63,648 nucleotides of DNA, filler included, from Reclinomonas americana ATCC 50394 (GCA_048213135.1; 18 parts of 18 records of this genome joined end to end with filler, not necessarily neighbours in it); one strand, 5' to 3'; positions 47,313-63,564 are shown, numbered from the whole stretch's first letter. The notes: generated from the letters alone by a model not told the origin. Program-made: numbers and translations.

Positions 47313-49242
47313 CTAGGAGTCCTCGGCGTGGTCACCGGCCGTCATGCGGTTGCGCACCGCCCATCCGACAATGTGTCCGCGGCACTTCTCAGTGCCACAG
47401 CTGCACTCAAAGTCGACACCCTGCGCAATCATGTCGTCCTCCGAAACCTATGGACACACAGAGACGCAACGGCGTCAGTCGCCGTTGTTGCAAAATGTGC
47501 CCAAGGAAAACACACGGGCGCGCGCACCTCATAGTCAAACTCAATCGGCTGTCCGGGGTGAATGTCGCGACGGGCCCACAATTCGGCCCACGCACCCGGC
47601 AGCAACTTGATGTCGCAGTTCGGGTCGCACGAGTGCGCCAGGAAGTTGTCGTGGTCGTTCGGGGTCACCGAGGAGGAGTAGGCGTCTGTGTAGGGGTAGA
47701 AGGGAAAGGGGGGGTGAGAAAGGGAGGAGGAGAAGGGACAGGGATAGAAAGGACAGGGGGAGTGTGATACCAACTTGTCACCAAGAGGACAGGTAAGGAA
47801 TAGAGCAGAAGGGAGACAGGAGCCACAAGTCGTCGAACTGCGCGTCAATCAACCGAGCGATACCAAGGAGAGTCTCCAAGATATATGTAATGCGGGTGAA
47901 TTGTTCCGAGCGACCGCAAAGGAGAGCCTCGATCGACCTCAAACGTCCCCCACGCATGCCACCAGAGGAAACAGACGAGAGAAGAGGCGAGAAATGAGAC
48001 AAAGAAGCTTGAGCACACAGACAAAGCCGCCAGTCGGCGAATGGCGGGTCGATTGTTCCGAGCGACACCAAACGAAAGCCTTGATCGACTCCAATCGTCC
48101 CCCAAGCATGCCACCAGAGGAAACAGACGTGAGAAGGGGCGAGAAAAGAGACAAAGAAGCTTGAGCACACAGACACAGCCGACAGTCGGCGAATGGCGGG
48201 TCGATTGTTCCGAGCGACCAAACAAGAGCCTCGATCGACTCCAATCGTCCCCCACGCATGCCACCAACGGAAAAGAGAGAAGAGGAGAGGAGAAAGACAA
48301 AGAAGCCTGAGCACACAGACAAAGCCGCCAGTCGGCGAATGGCGGGTCGATTGTTCCGAGCGAACNNNNNNNNNNNNNNNNNNNNNNNNNNNNNNNNNNN
48401 NNNNNNNNNTTAATTAATTAANNNNNNNNNNNNNNNNNNNNNNNNNNNNNNNNNNNNNNNNNNNNGAGGAGAGCCTCGATCAAATCCAACGCCCCCCACG
48501 CATGCCACCAACGGAAAAGAGAGAAGGGAGAGGAGAAAGACAAAGAAGCTTGAGCACACAGACTGAGAGCTCAACAGTCGGCAAATTGCGGGTCGATTGT
48601 TCCGAGCGACACCAAACGAGAGCCTCGATCGATTCCAAAAGTCCCCCACGCATACCATCACGGGAACAGACGAGAGAAGAGGCGAGAGAAGAGACGAAGA
48701 AGCTTGAGTACACAGACAAAGCCGCCAGTCGGCGAATGGCGGGTCGATTGTTCCGAGCGACAAAGGAGAGCCTCGATCGACTCCAAACGTCCCCCACACA
48801 AGCCACCAAGGAAACAGACGAGGCAGAGGAGAGAAGAGAGATACACCTTCCCTTCTCCCTCCCTCCCTTCTCCCTGTTATCTATTGTCCACTAACTCACC
48901 ATCGCCGACCTTGATGACCTTGTTGAAATCGACAACCTGCTCCGCCGTTTGAATATTCAACGGCGGCAACACAATCGCCAGCTCTCCCGCCGGAATCACC
49001 ACCGAAGGCGTGAGAAAGCGCCCAATAATCGGATCCTCGAGCACCTGAAAGCCCCATTTCGCACCCAGTCCCAAGTAATCAGACGCCTAAAAAGCCACTC
49101 AAGTCCAGTCAGTGAGAGTGAGAGTGAGAGAGTTGTATGATTGTTTTGTGTCTCTGTGTGTTACCTGTGAGAGAGCCTTGAGATGCTCCACAGGCACTGG
49201 CGCATCTTCCATTTGTGTCGGTGCAGCAGTCGTCGATGTCAT
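47313..49242 (-). CDS. small stand-alone SET-domain methyltransferase with post-SET Cys cluster, four exons
   Basis: IIGRFLTPSVVIPAGE, NFLAHSCDPNC, ARRDIHPGQPIEFDYE and FECSCGTEKCRGHI; ATG at 49242, stop at 47313. Confidence 0.85.
47900..48830. repeat. intronic tandem repeat, ~150-bp unit, at least 6 copies
   Basis: The marker ATTGTTCCGAGCGA recurs at about 47900, 48052, 48204, 48349, 48596 and 48747 with conserved sequence between; interrupted by a gap. Confidence 0.93.
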
Positions 49243-50005
49243 GTCTGATTAAGCGCAGCAGTGAGTGACATGCTCTGGGTGTCTCTCTCTCTCACACACA
49301 CACTGGCACACGAGGAGACAAGACAGGCTTGCGTATGTGTGTGACAGAGAGAGTGCGAGAGATAAAGTGTGTTTCGGACAAACTCAAAGACACACACACT
49401 CTCACGCGCGCAAACGCAGAGAGCAATGAACGCAACGATGTGTGTGTATGTGTATGTGTGTTGAAGTGTGTGAGCGCAGGGGAAAACAAAGAGAGAAACA
49501 AACGGACAGATGAATGTAATGCGCGAGTTATTCGGACGGATGTTCATGTGCAATGCCACAAAAAGTCTCGCACTGACCCCCGACAGCTTTTCTTTCTCTC
49601 TCGCACACACACACACACACACACACATACGCACACATGTATACACACACGCATGTGTACGTGTAACACAGGTGCGTGTGTGTCTGTGTGCTTGTGTAAA
49701 AAACGAATCCAAGAAGATGCGTCGCGACGACGGCTTGCTGCCTAATTCCACACACTCTCACTCTCTCACGCACACGCGCGAGTGTCACCTGTGTCGTTAC
49801 CTTCACACGAACTCTCTCACTGCGTTCGCTCGAGACATGACTTGGTTGTTCACCAATGCGCCAATCGAACACCAATTATGGGCATGTCGTTTGGGTTTAT
49901 GAGTTTTTTCTTCTGTCTTCTCCTTCCCGTCTCCTTGCCGCTACTACGAACGCATACAAATCCCCTCTCCTTCTCCTTCTCTTTCTCTTCCCCCGCTCCC
50001 CGCGT

Positions 50006-51024
50006 TCAGTTCTTTTGCGATGCGTTACTGGCGTTGTTGGAGGTGGCGGTGGTGGTGGACGAGGCTCCTCCGCCACCGGCGGCAGCAGCGGCGGCGGCTG
50101 ATCCTGAGCTGCCACCACCACCGGCGTTCTTTGCTTGTTGTTTTCGTTGCTTCTTCTCTAGTCGTTGCAGGTCGGGCAGTTGCCGGGGCTTGTGTACCTT
50201 GAAACCGAAGACGCGTGGTTCGTATTGCTGCAGGAGGGAAAAGGGGAAAAGGGGAAAAGGGGAAAAGGGGAAAAGGGGAAAAGGGGGGAGTGAGCGACAA
50301 CAGGGAGACAGTTGAGAGATGCATGCCCTCTCACTCTCCCAACAGAGTCGTTCCTCTTCTACCAGACAGGCAATAGAGTGCTCACAAAAGCTGCTGAACC
50401 TTATTGTGACAAGCTCTATTCTTCGACACCTGACTGCGCAGAGTTGTCGAATCTTTCTGTCTCTCCGAGCAACTGTCAAGCTCCCATGAACCTGCTGTGC
50501 AAGCTCCATTCTTCGTCCTGACTGCGCAGAGTTGTCGAATCTTTCTGTCTCTCCGAGCAACTGTCAAGCTCCCATGAACCTGCTGTGCAAGCTCCATTCT
50601 TCGTCCTGACTGCAGAGTTGCCGAATCATTCTGTCTCTCCGAGCAACTGTCAAGCTGCTGAACTATTCTGCTTCTGCTTCATATGCAAGCTCCATTCTTC
50701 GACACCTGACTGCCGAATCTTTGCCTCTCCGCGCAACTGTCAAGGTCCCCTTCTGCCTCATGTGCAAGCTCCATTCCCCCCACTGTCTGGAGAGAAGCAG
50801 AGACAAAGAACGCGCCGACAAACGAGACAACACCACATCGAGCCAAGGAAACAGTGACATGCAAACGCAGAGTGCGATCAACACTTGCTGCATGCGCCAC
50901 AGTCTGCGATGACCAACGCAGGCACAGGTACCAAGCGTATCTCCCACACAAGTTCTTGTATCTTCGGAAAGCGTCCTAGGACTGCATAGCAGACAGACAC
51001 TTGTGCAATTCCTTGCACTGTCAC

Positions 51025-51076
<52 letters not shown>

Positions 51077-53001
51077 CTATCTTTCAGCGCTTGTTGTTGA
51101 GCAGTCGCTCACTCTCCTCTTGTCTCTCTGTCTCTCCTTCTCTCTCTCTCTGTCTGTCTTTCTCTTCTACGGCAGTTCTCAGCACGCAGGCGATGAAGAA
51201 CGCGGAAGGCACAGAGCAGATCGCCACCCGCCTGCTCATTTCCACTACCTCAACCTTAGCTTCCCCCATACCGCTCACCTGCACCGCGCCTGAACCCCTC
51301 AATCCAACGTGCTCCGGGAACGTCAACAAGTACAAGTGCGGGAAGGTCGTGCCAAAGAATGCTCCATCGACACGTGCGAAAACAAAAAAAGAGGGAGTCA
51401 AGGAGGCAACGTCCAATGACAAAGTGAGAGAACGCACAAAAATTAGCGCGACAATGACAAAAAGGATATTGTTCTGCCGGGAGGATCGCGGATAGAAAAT
51501 GTCTTCGCATCTCGGGCAAAAGATTTTGACGGCGTTGGTTCGTGGCGAGTCCGACTGGCCGACTGGCAGACATGGTTGCCCGTGGCAAAAGACACGCGGG
51601 CATCGTCCAAAGTCCACATTGCGGAACTTTTCCTCCTGCGCGACATTTTCACAGTGAGTGATGAGGCGACGCACAGCAACAAAAAAACAAACCAACCATC
51701 AGCAACATGCCACGGCTTGTGAGGATGAATCTTGCGTGGATGAGACCGTACAGGTATTCTGCGGCTGCCTCCACGGCTTCTTGCTGGTCCTCGGTGAGGT
51801 CGTCTGCAAGGGGGAAGGGTGGTAAGGGAAGAGGAGAGGGGGAGAGGGGAGGGGAGAGGGGGAGAGGGGAGGGGAAGGAGAGAGGAGAGGGGAAGGAGAG
51901 AGGGGAGGGGAATGAGATGGATGGTCAAAGACCACGTGTGCTGCCCCCGCTCGCTCACTCCACTCGCTGTTCCCCGATCGCTTCCTGCACTCGCCGCTCC
52001 TCGCTCGCTCACTCCACTCGCTGCTCCCCGCTCGCTCACTCCACTCGCAGTCCCCGCTCGCTTCCTCCACTCGCTGCTCTGCGTTTTTCCCGCTCACTAC
52101 TAATTGCTCGCTCACTCCACTCGCTGTTCTCTTCGCTCGCTCACTGCACTCGCTGTTCACCGCTCACCCCACTCGCTGTTACCCGCTCGTTTCCTCCACT
52201 CGCTGTCCCCGCTCGCTCACTCCACTCGCCGTCCCCGCTCGCTTCTTCCACTCGCTGTTCACCGCTCACTCAATCGCACTCGCTGCTCCCCGCTCACTCA
52301 ATCGCAGTCGCTGCTCCCCGCTCACTCAATCGCAGTCGCTGCTCCCCGCCTTCTCAATCCACTCACTGTTCTCGGCTCGCTCACACCACTCGCTGTTCTC
52401 GGCTCAATCACCCCACTTGCTGTTCCCCGCTCGCTGCTCCCGCTCGCTGCTCCCGCTCGCTGCTCCCGCTCGCTGCTCCCGCTCGCTGCTCCCCGCTCGC
52501 TGCTCCCCGCTCGCTGCTCCCCGCTCGCTGCTCCCCGCTCGCTGCTCCCCGCTCGCTGCTCCCCGCTCGCTGCTCCCCGCTCGTTCACTTCCCACTCGCC
52601 GATCCCCACCCCTCCTCTCCCATTCTATCATCTTCTCGTGCGCGTACCTGCTGGGCTCTCCAGATCCAGAATCAAATCCAGTGCATAATCATAGTACTCC
52701 ACTTGCGATGAGAGTCCATAAAGGTTGAAGTCGTCTTGGATGAAATCCTCGTCGACCTGTGCGACGATAACGAATGAGAGAGCGAATCAACCCCTCTCCC
52801 CACACGCGCATGAGAGAAAGCACCTCGCAAAAGAATTCGTTGCCCTTCAAGCTGCAAAACCACGAGATCCATGAGATCTGCGCGGAGGGTGAAGAGTGAG
52901 CGAGAGAAAATGGCAGCGGCGGTTGTGCGACGCATGCTGACCTCCTCATCATCGTCCTCCTCAAACATGGATCCATCCTCCTCTTCGTCTGCTCGTGCCA
53001 T
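50006..53001 (-). CDS. CSNK2B: casein kinase II regulatory subunit beta, multi-exon, with a U12-type intron
   Basis: [93 protein letters not shown]. Confidence 0.97.
50411..50780. repeat. intronic tandem repeat, ~88-bp unit, about 4 copies
   Basis: AAGCTCCATTCTTCG...GCAACTGTCAAG recurs at about 50411, 50501, 50589 and 50688. Confidence 0.9.
51374..51469 (-). other. U12-type (minor spliceosome) AT-AC intron in CK2-beta
   Basis: On the minus strand: 5' ATATCCTTTT, branch CTCCTTGAC, 3' CAC; removal gives RSSRQN-S-VDGAFFG, the expected CK2-beta spacing. Confidence 0.93.
51940..52590. repeat. intronic minisatellite (CCCCGCTCGCTGCT and variants)
   Basis: Many 13-15-nt units, most homogeneous at 52420-52580. 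Confidence 0.92.
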
Positions 53002-54423
53002 TTTTGTTTGTGCTGCGCGGGAGTGCGTCGGATTGAGTCAGCAGAGAGGGAGAGGGGGGTGAGGGAGGGAGGGAGATGGAGGTAGAAGGAGAGGGAGAGC
53101 GCAGTGAGGGTCATGCTGAGCGAGAGAGAAACAAATGCAAGGATTGAGTTGCTCGCTGGTATCGTTTCTCTTGTCTAACCCCATCGAGTTGTGGCTGTTA
53201 TGAAAGCGAGAGACGACGGCGCGAGTGGGGCTTCTCCCTCACGTCCATCACACAAGGTGACACGCAAAGCACGAGATAGACACAATCGCACACTAGCATC
53301 CGCGACACAAGCGCGTACACACGAAGAGAGAGAAAAGTGCGAGGCCGGTGCCGTCCAGGGCGACATCTTGCCTCTCAACATGCACTCAGCGCAGGGAGCG
53401 AGTTGTGCGACGCCTTGCCCTCTCACACATCCCTCAGCATCACAAGCACAACATGCATGCACACAGAGGGCGACAGGCGGAAAGAAGATGGCGATTGCGG
53501 TGCCGTCTTGGGCGACATCTTGCTTCTCACTGCGTCACAAGCACGAAACACACAAGAGCGCGGCAGGGAGATAGAGTCGCACTGAGACGCCTTGCGTCAC
53601 AAGCACAACATACTTACACAAAGAGTGCGGTTACGTGCAGTCTTTCACCCTCACAAATCACTGTGCGTCACAAGCACAGCAATACCCACAAGCGCGCGCA
53701 CACAGAGCAAGAAAGAGAGACACGAGTTGCACTGAGAAGAGAGAGAGAGAGAGGAGTGCGGTTACACAAGCGCGCGCGAGAGGATGACACATTGATCAAG
53801 ACACTGCAACATCCCGCCCTTCTCACACGCAATGTCCACTGCCACTGCATTAGTGGAAGGCGCCAAGAAGCAGCTTCTCTCTCACAGACACACACTCTCT
53901 CTCTCTCACAGTGCATCAGAGTGAAGAACAAGGTGCAAGTCAACGCTGACGACTTGACAACGCACATGAAATCGACACAACACACAGAGAAGAGAGAGAG
54001 ACACGCGCAGACACACACACACAGAGACAAGATAGAAGGCACACAAGGAGAGTGCGTCACATCGAGAGACAACATTCATCATTTTCAGTGCACAAACACA
54101 CGCACACACACGCGCACACACACAGCAAAAGATGCACACACAGTGGAGAGAGACACACATACAAGAGTGGGAGCGCGCGCGCGCAAGTTGTGAACATTTC
54201 CCACCTGTCCCACTACACAAAACACCGCCCCACGTGACTCACCCCTTCTCAACTCCTATACACACACACACACGCGCGCGCACGAGTTTGCTCTTTGATA
54301 GTGAACGCAACACCCACAAAAAAAAACACTCACACAAAAGTATAGTAAAGTGACAATGGCGCGGGACCGCGGGACGCGGAACGTTTGTCTCTTACACTCA
54401 CTCTTTTTTTTCCTCGAGGCGCG

Positions 54424-57336
<2,913 letters not shown>

Positions 57337-57489
57337 TAGTTTCTTTTTTTTCGGCGCGACGGGGTCGTGCAGTGTGTTGAGCGACTTCGGGGAGGTGGAG
57401 GAGAAAAATGGGTAAAAGAACGGCAATATGGTGATTCATGTGTGTAATCAGTTGCGGATGCCGGGGCCGGCGTCTCACTTGTCGCTGCC

Positions 57490-57695
57490 TCTCGCTCCTT
57501 AGTTGCACCTTTCTTGCTTTCTCCTTTCTTGGTGCTCCCTTGTCGCTGCTTATCCGTCTGCTCCCTCATCGCTGCTTCTTCGGCTGCTCCCTTGTCGCTA
57601 CCTCTCCGGTTGCACCATTGTCGCTGCCTCTTCGGCTGCTCCCTTGTCGCTGCCTCTCCGTCTGCTCCCCTTGTCGCTGCTTCTTCGGTTGCCTC
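57490..57695. repeat. short tandem repeat (~29-nt unit containing TTGTCGCTGC)
   Basis: CC(C/T)TTGTCGCTGC(C/T)TC-type unit repeated about 6 times downstream of SmF. Confidence 0.75.
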
Positions 57696-57871
57696 CTCCT
57701 TTCCCCCTTCTCCCTCCCCTTTTACTCCTTCTCCCCCCCCCNNNNNNNNNNNNNNNNNNNNNNNNNNNNNNNNNNNNNNNNNNNNTTAATTAATTAANNN
57801 NNNNNNNNNNNNNNNNNNNNNNNNNNNNNNNNNNNNNNNNNCCCACACACACAGCAAGCAAGCAACTCACC

Positions 57872-58564
57872 AGCATGTGACATGGAGGCCGCCACACTGA
57901 CCGAGCCACCACCAAACGCCGCCATATCGCCAAAGTCACCAACGACTTTTGTGTTCGGAAAGCACAAAACAGAAGTCAGTATCGCAATAACAAAACAGCA
58001 AACACACAACAGTATAACCAATCTCACCATCGTCCAGTGCACCTCCCGGCAGCACAGCCGAGTCGCCCAACGAGCGCTCCCATAGCGACACTGTGTGCAT
58101 GCATGGAAGGGCATTAAAAAAGTGTAAGTCGGAAAAACTCGTGTCCCAAGCTTGATATAACCGCACACGCAACAGTGATCATCATAAGCGCCTGTGCCTG
58201 CGCCTCCCATGTGATGCAGCGCGTCGTCATGGTGGTGATGATGCAACTGATGCACCGACGATGACGGGTGAATGGGCGTGGAGCCACTGGCGGCGGAGGA
58301 GCACGCGGCCGAGGACGACGAGGACGTGTGCGAGGACAAGTCGGCGGTGCTCAGCAGGCTGACGCCCGCGCCACACCCGAGCGAAGGGGATGCGAGTGTG
58401 TCATGAGCACCGGAGGCGGAGGACGACGCGCCACCAGTGTTGCGCTGCTGCTGCTGGAGTTGTTGTTGTTGGTGTTGTGAATGAGAATGACTGCCTGAGA
58501 GAGCGGCTCCTGCACACGGCGCTGCTGATGCAGCAGTGCTGCTCGACACGAGGCCCCAAGACAT
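57872..58564 (-). CDS. hypothetical membrane protein, first exon (Ser/Gln/His-rich N-terminus, Cys cluster, one TM helix)
   Basis: Long ORF with HCCVCG..HACTQC and hydrophobic VRLVILLCVCCFVIAILTSVLCF, ending at a GTGAGT donor before the gap. Confidence 0.6.
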
Positions 58565-59414
58565 GTGTGGCGGAGACTGATTGCCAGGGGCGCCAGAGCC
58601 TGAGTCACAAGAGCGTGAGTGATAAGGAGGTGCAAAGATTCTTCCCTCGTGCGCGTGTGTGGTATTTCACAAACCAAGTGCGAACTCATCCCACTGTTGG
58701 GCGTCGAGAAAGTCCACTGAGAAGGTACGCGCATTGATCATCGAGTTACTCTTCTCTCGCACAATGCACCAAAATGAGTTCTGAGTCATCATCAGCAGCA
58801 GCGATGTGAAGGGGGAGACTCACCTCACACACAACTCACTCTCCCACACACTCAAAAAATGCTGCGAAAACCTCAGTTTCGTTTCTGGTGTGCATTATTG
58901 TTCCGCCAAAAACACACACACAGACAAAGAAAAAACCGAAAAAACGTCGAGCGGCCGGTCGGCTGGAATGGACAGGTGGAATCGCGCACGTGCGGCAAAC
59001 GAGTGAAAGGCGGGAAGTGGTGCGTGTGTTGTGCACAAGAGTGTGTGTGCGCTGTGTGCAGTGTGTGCAAAGTGTGTGCAAAGTGTGTGCAAAGTGTGTG
59101 CAAAGTGTGTGTGCGCGCGGAGTTGTTGTGCCATTTCCCACTCTTTGTTGCACACACACTCTCTGTCTCTCTGTCTCTCTCTCTGTGTCTGCTCACTGTG
59201 TGTCTGCTCACTGTGTGCACTGGCACTCATGTGCAAGTGTGTGCATGTGAGAAGATTGAGAGCATATTTCGTGTTTGCATGTGTGTATGACACGTGTTTG
59301 TCGTCTGACTGACTGTGCTCTCTCTCTCTCACACAGAGAGTGTGTGTTTGTGTGTTTGTGTGTGCAAGCAGAGAGACCGGGCTCATTTGGAGTGCGAACA
59401 GAGCGTGATTTGTG

Positions 59415-60456
59415 ATGGAGACGGTCAACACAAATCCTAACACTGGATGGGTGAGTGCGCGTGTGTGAGACAGAGAGGAGAGCAAGAGGAGAAGGAGTGT
59501 GTGTGTGTGTGAGAGAGAGAGAGAAAGAGAGAGAGAGAGAATGTTATGTGATGCATGCTTGGGCGAAGGAATCGTGTGAGTGATGCAGTGGGCGTGGAGA
59601 GCGTGCGCTTCTTGTTTGTGTGCTGCTTGTGTGTGTGTGTGTGTGTGTGTGTGTTGTACGAGGGATGTTGGTGGAGGTTGTGGAAAGCGTGCCGTGTGGC
59701 GAGCGGTTGCGGAGTTGAGAAGGGGGGCGTGCATTGTGTGGAGATTGGGAGATGAGGGGAAGCGAGTCGATGTCCTTGTATGAGAGAGTGTGAGTCGTGT
59801 TTGTCGATATGTGCGGGAGGCCCACTGATTCGTCCTCTTTATCGGAGAAGAGAGTCTTGAGAATGCCTTCTTCTTGCTCAGCGATGCGAAAAAGTCAATT
59901 CTTTGTATGCCTTCGTGCGCGAGAAGCCTGTGATTGGTCCTCGTTGACGGAGAAGAGTGTCATTTATTGAGATGAGTTCATCTTCGTGTCAGCGATGCAG
60001 AAGAGCCGATTCATTGATCGAGAGTGGACTTGTGTCTGTAGAAGCCCGTTGGTGTCCTTTCTGTTCCTTTCATGGGAGATGTGTCTGCCTGTGTGTACGA
60101 GAAGCCTTTGTTTCGTCCTCGCTGGCTGAGACAGAAGAGTGTTTCCTTGAGACGTACCCGTCATTGCTTGCTTCCTTTCGATGTGTCCGTGGCTTCCACT
60201 TTCTTCTTCTCTTTGGCTGGCAAGGTTGACGCTTGCTTGTCGCCTGCTTCTCGCTTCAGTAACTTGCACTCTGAGTGAGTTGGGTACGGTATTGTGCGCG
60301 AGTCTGTTCGAGTCTGTTGCTTGTGACGAGAGAGCGAGATGTGCTGGAACGAAGGGCCCGCAATGCAGAGAGTCATTTGCTGAGGAAATGAGTGTGTGTG
60401 AGAGAGAGACAGGAGCCACACGCACACAAAGAGTTTCTTGACACAACGTGCAAGAG

Positions 60457-60490
<34 letters not shown>

Positions 60491-61405
60491 CCTTGTCCTC
60501 CTTCTCACTCACCTGACAGTTAGATGTGTTCATCGATGGGGCGTTGTTTGATCTTGCTTCTCGCTGGCAGATACCGAAGAGAGTGATTGAGTGAGGATCC
60601 TATCGCGTAGCTGCGACTTGAGTTGACGAGTCAATGTGTTTAGAGTGAGTGAGAAGTCTTCTACTTCGCGAGTTTGAGATTGCTGAAGAGGAAAGAAGAA
60701 GTCTGCTCGTTCCATCACTTGACAATCCCTGCAGATATCCCCTTTGCGCTCACGCACTTTTTCTTGCCCTCACAGATCCAGGACAAGTTGGTGTGGACGC
60801 TGTACGTGGCGGCCATCCTCGCCTTTCGAGTGATTCTCGACGTGTTTGGGCTGAAGGGCGAGGTTGGCTGGACAATTACGAATGTGGCACACTCATTGGT
60901 ACGACCACGCTCTCTCACCCTCCATGGTTCCGCTCCTCTCACACACCTCATCTCACCTGCTTTTGTTGCGCGCAGTTGACACTATTGTTCCTGCACTGGA
61001 TCAAGGGCATGCCGTTTGAGGACGTGCATGTGGATCAAGGGCGCTACAACCGGCTCACCTTTTGGGAACAAATAGACTCGCAGCGACAATTTACACCAAC
61101 AAGAAAGTTCCTCACGGCCGTACCGGTGGTGCTGTTGCGTGACAGGCCGCGTGTGTATATGCCATTGATTGCAATCGTCTTGTGATTGACATTCTGTGTG
61201 CAGTCTGCTGTGGACTGTCTCGGCCATTAGCGATGAGACTAACATGCTCATCTGGGTCAATGTGATTGCGTCCGTGGTGGTGCTGATTGCCAAGATGCCA
61301 GCGCTACACAAGGTTTGGCGTGTTGCTTTCCCTTTCTCTTTCCCTTTCGCTTTATTTCTCACCTTTGTGGTGCAGGTGCGCATTTTCGGAATCAACCGGT
61401 ATTGA
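59415..61405 (+). CDS. ORMDL: ORMDL/ORM1 family serine palmitoyltransferase regulator, five exons
   Basis: METVNTNPNTGW, WTITNVAH, LHWIKGMPF..DQGRYNRLTFWEQID..QFTPTRKFLTAVPVVL, LIAKMPALHK/VRIFGINRY. Confidence 0.96.
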
Positions 61406-62221
61406 GTTGTCGACTAGGGCGAGTTGTGTTGTTGTGTTGTTGTGCGCGTGCGAGTGCGTCTGGACCGCACGAGGGGAGTGAGTGAGGGAAAAAAGGGCGG
61501 AGATTGTTGAACAATAGACGAGATTGGTTAACGGTATCTGGTGGGGAAGGGAAAGGGTGGAGGGGGAAGGGAGGGGAGGAGATCTGGACATACAGACACG
61601 GAGCAAGACGCAAGACGAGTCTGGAACGACTGCGAAGACAGACGGACAGCATTTATGTGACCATTCCCCCGCAACGACGCCGCTGCCTTTGGGCAACTGA
61701 CCACCCTCAGCGTCGTTTTTGCGCCATTGCGTTGTAGTCAACAGTGCCTTTGCTGAAACATTTTGCGCCATGAAGTCCTGGACCACACCAGCCAGCACGT
61801 GTTTGCTTGGCTTTGCCTCCTGAAAGGGAAGGGATTTGTGGACATTTGTCGCATTATTGCAATGTGGTGAATGAAGTGTTTTGTTTGTTTTTAATGGTGA
61901 AGTGCTTCTCCTCCACACCCTTCTTGGCTTTCTTTCTTTATGCCGCTGCCGCCACCGTGAGAGCTGCTCTCAATTCGTCAGCTCCAAGGTCGTGCATGGG
62001 GGCATATGCATTCAGGTTCTCTCTACGGGCTGCCTGCTGATCTGTGTCGAAGGTGTCGAAGCCCATGGCACCTTGCCCTCTCGAGCTCCGCTGTCAACGG
62101 ATCCGGATCGGCCTCACCAACAACAACCACTCGACTGCACCTCAGCTCCTTCCCAGACTTAATTGCATGTTGCCTGGCTCTGTTGGTTTTACATATGTCT
62201 TCTGATACCAACACCTCTTGC

Positions 62222-62425
62222 TATCTTTCTCGTTTCCTTTGTGGAATTTGGCGTCAATTCCATGCTAGCGCTTGTCACGAGCCGTGGTTTCTCTTGCAGA
62301 AACGCCAGCATTAGCCATCTCGACTTTTTCTCACTTTTTTCGTGATGTCTGAGTTTCTGGTGCTCACTCAAGATGGTGATCATCATGCAGCTGTGTTGCT
62401 GATTGGACTGGTAAAGTTGTTGTTG
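62222..62425 (+). repeat. dispersed repeat copy (matches 41275-41455 and, more weakly, 7616-7825)
   Basis: Near-identical ~110-bp core; see the 41275-41455 entry. Confidence 0.9.
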
Positions 62426-62655
62426 TTGTTGTTGTTGTTGTTGACGACATGGATACCTCGTTCTGAGCACCACCTGATAGAGTGTTCACCATCCGCCTCG
62501 GAGAGACAACCATCGAGGCTCGTAGCGGGATGGATGAAGAGAGTCCAGAGTGAGTCCATCGCTGGAGAAGCCAACGACGTCTGTTAATCAAATTCGTCGA
62601 ATTGAGAGAGTTCGCAAGTGGAGTGTGCAGACGGTTGACCAACAGAAAATGTGTG

Positions 62656-62996
62656 CTACACTTGATGAGCGGCCGCCGCCTCCTCCAGTTCCGCCATGAC
62701 TCGTAACCGCTGCTCCATGAGCTGCGCTGCTGCACCCTTCTTGCTGTCGCACGCCATCTGCGGACAAATAACGCGATGAGGCAATGCAGCAACGGCGAGC
62801 AAAACAGAGCGGTAGTCATCGGACCTCCACAAACTCCAGAATCTCATCGGCACCGGTCACGGGCGTCTGCGGCGCCGCCGACGTGTTCAAAATCGTGTGC
62901 ATGTGTCCGCGCTCCTCCAACATCGTGTGCAAACCAAAGCGGTCCTCGTCGCTGTGGCCAGCAAATGGCGATACGAACGACGACAAATCGCACTGC

Positions 62997-63054
<58 letters not shown>

Positions 63055-63414
63055 AACACACAAACGTCAGAAATGAACCTCAGAAGAAATGCACTCGCCA
63101 AAATCCGCACCTTGTGAAAGCACACGCAGACGACACAGTGCGCCAGCATGGGATCGTCGAGTACTGTGCGCAACTCGTCCACCCCAGCCTCTGTGGCCTC
63201 GCTGTTGCTTCCGTCAATCACAAACACCACGGCGTGCGAGGTGGCGTAGTGACGCGACCAGAAGGGCCGGAAGGTCACATCGCCGCCGACATCGACCATG
63301 GTGTAGGTGACGCCGTGGAGCTCCATGGGGAGAGAGTTTTGGCCCATGGTGGGGGTGGCGTCGAGGGGTGGGTGACCGGTGCGTTCGCGGAAGATGTTGA
63401 AGAGGGAGGTTTTG
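62656..63414 (-). CDS. ARF-like small GTPase (ARL, divergent), 5' end outside window
   Basis: (G)KTSLF, TPTMG, MVDVGGD..FRPFWSRHYATSHAVVFVIDGS, FHK/CD; short helical C-terminal extension. Confidence 0.85.
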
Positions 63415-63527
63415 CTGCGCGGGGGATGGGGGGAGAAGGGATTTAAGAGAAGGGGGATGGGGAGATGGGGGAGAAGGGGGATTGGGATGGAGAGAAAGGG
63501 GAGAAAGGGGAGAAGGGGGAGAGGGGA

Positions 63528-63564
<37 letters not shown>

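Noticed and set aside
47900..48830. Regularly spaced repeats resembling a CRISPR array
   Set aside because: The whole ~150-bp unit repeats with no unique spacers, no cas genes are present, and it lies in a eukaryotic intron.
60735..60776. ATATCCCCTTT as a possible third U12 donor in ORMDL
   Set aside because: It deviates from ATATCCTT and lies inside an ordinary GT-AG intron (59451-60776) that already joins NPNTGW to IQDKLVW in frame.
61700..62220. Possible small gene between ORMDL and the ARL gene
   Set aside because: Only short ORFs are present, with no consistent exon chain or recognisable motif.
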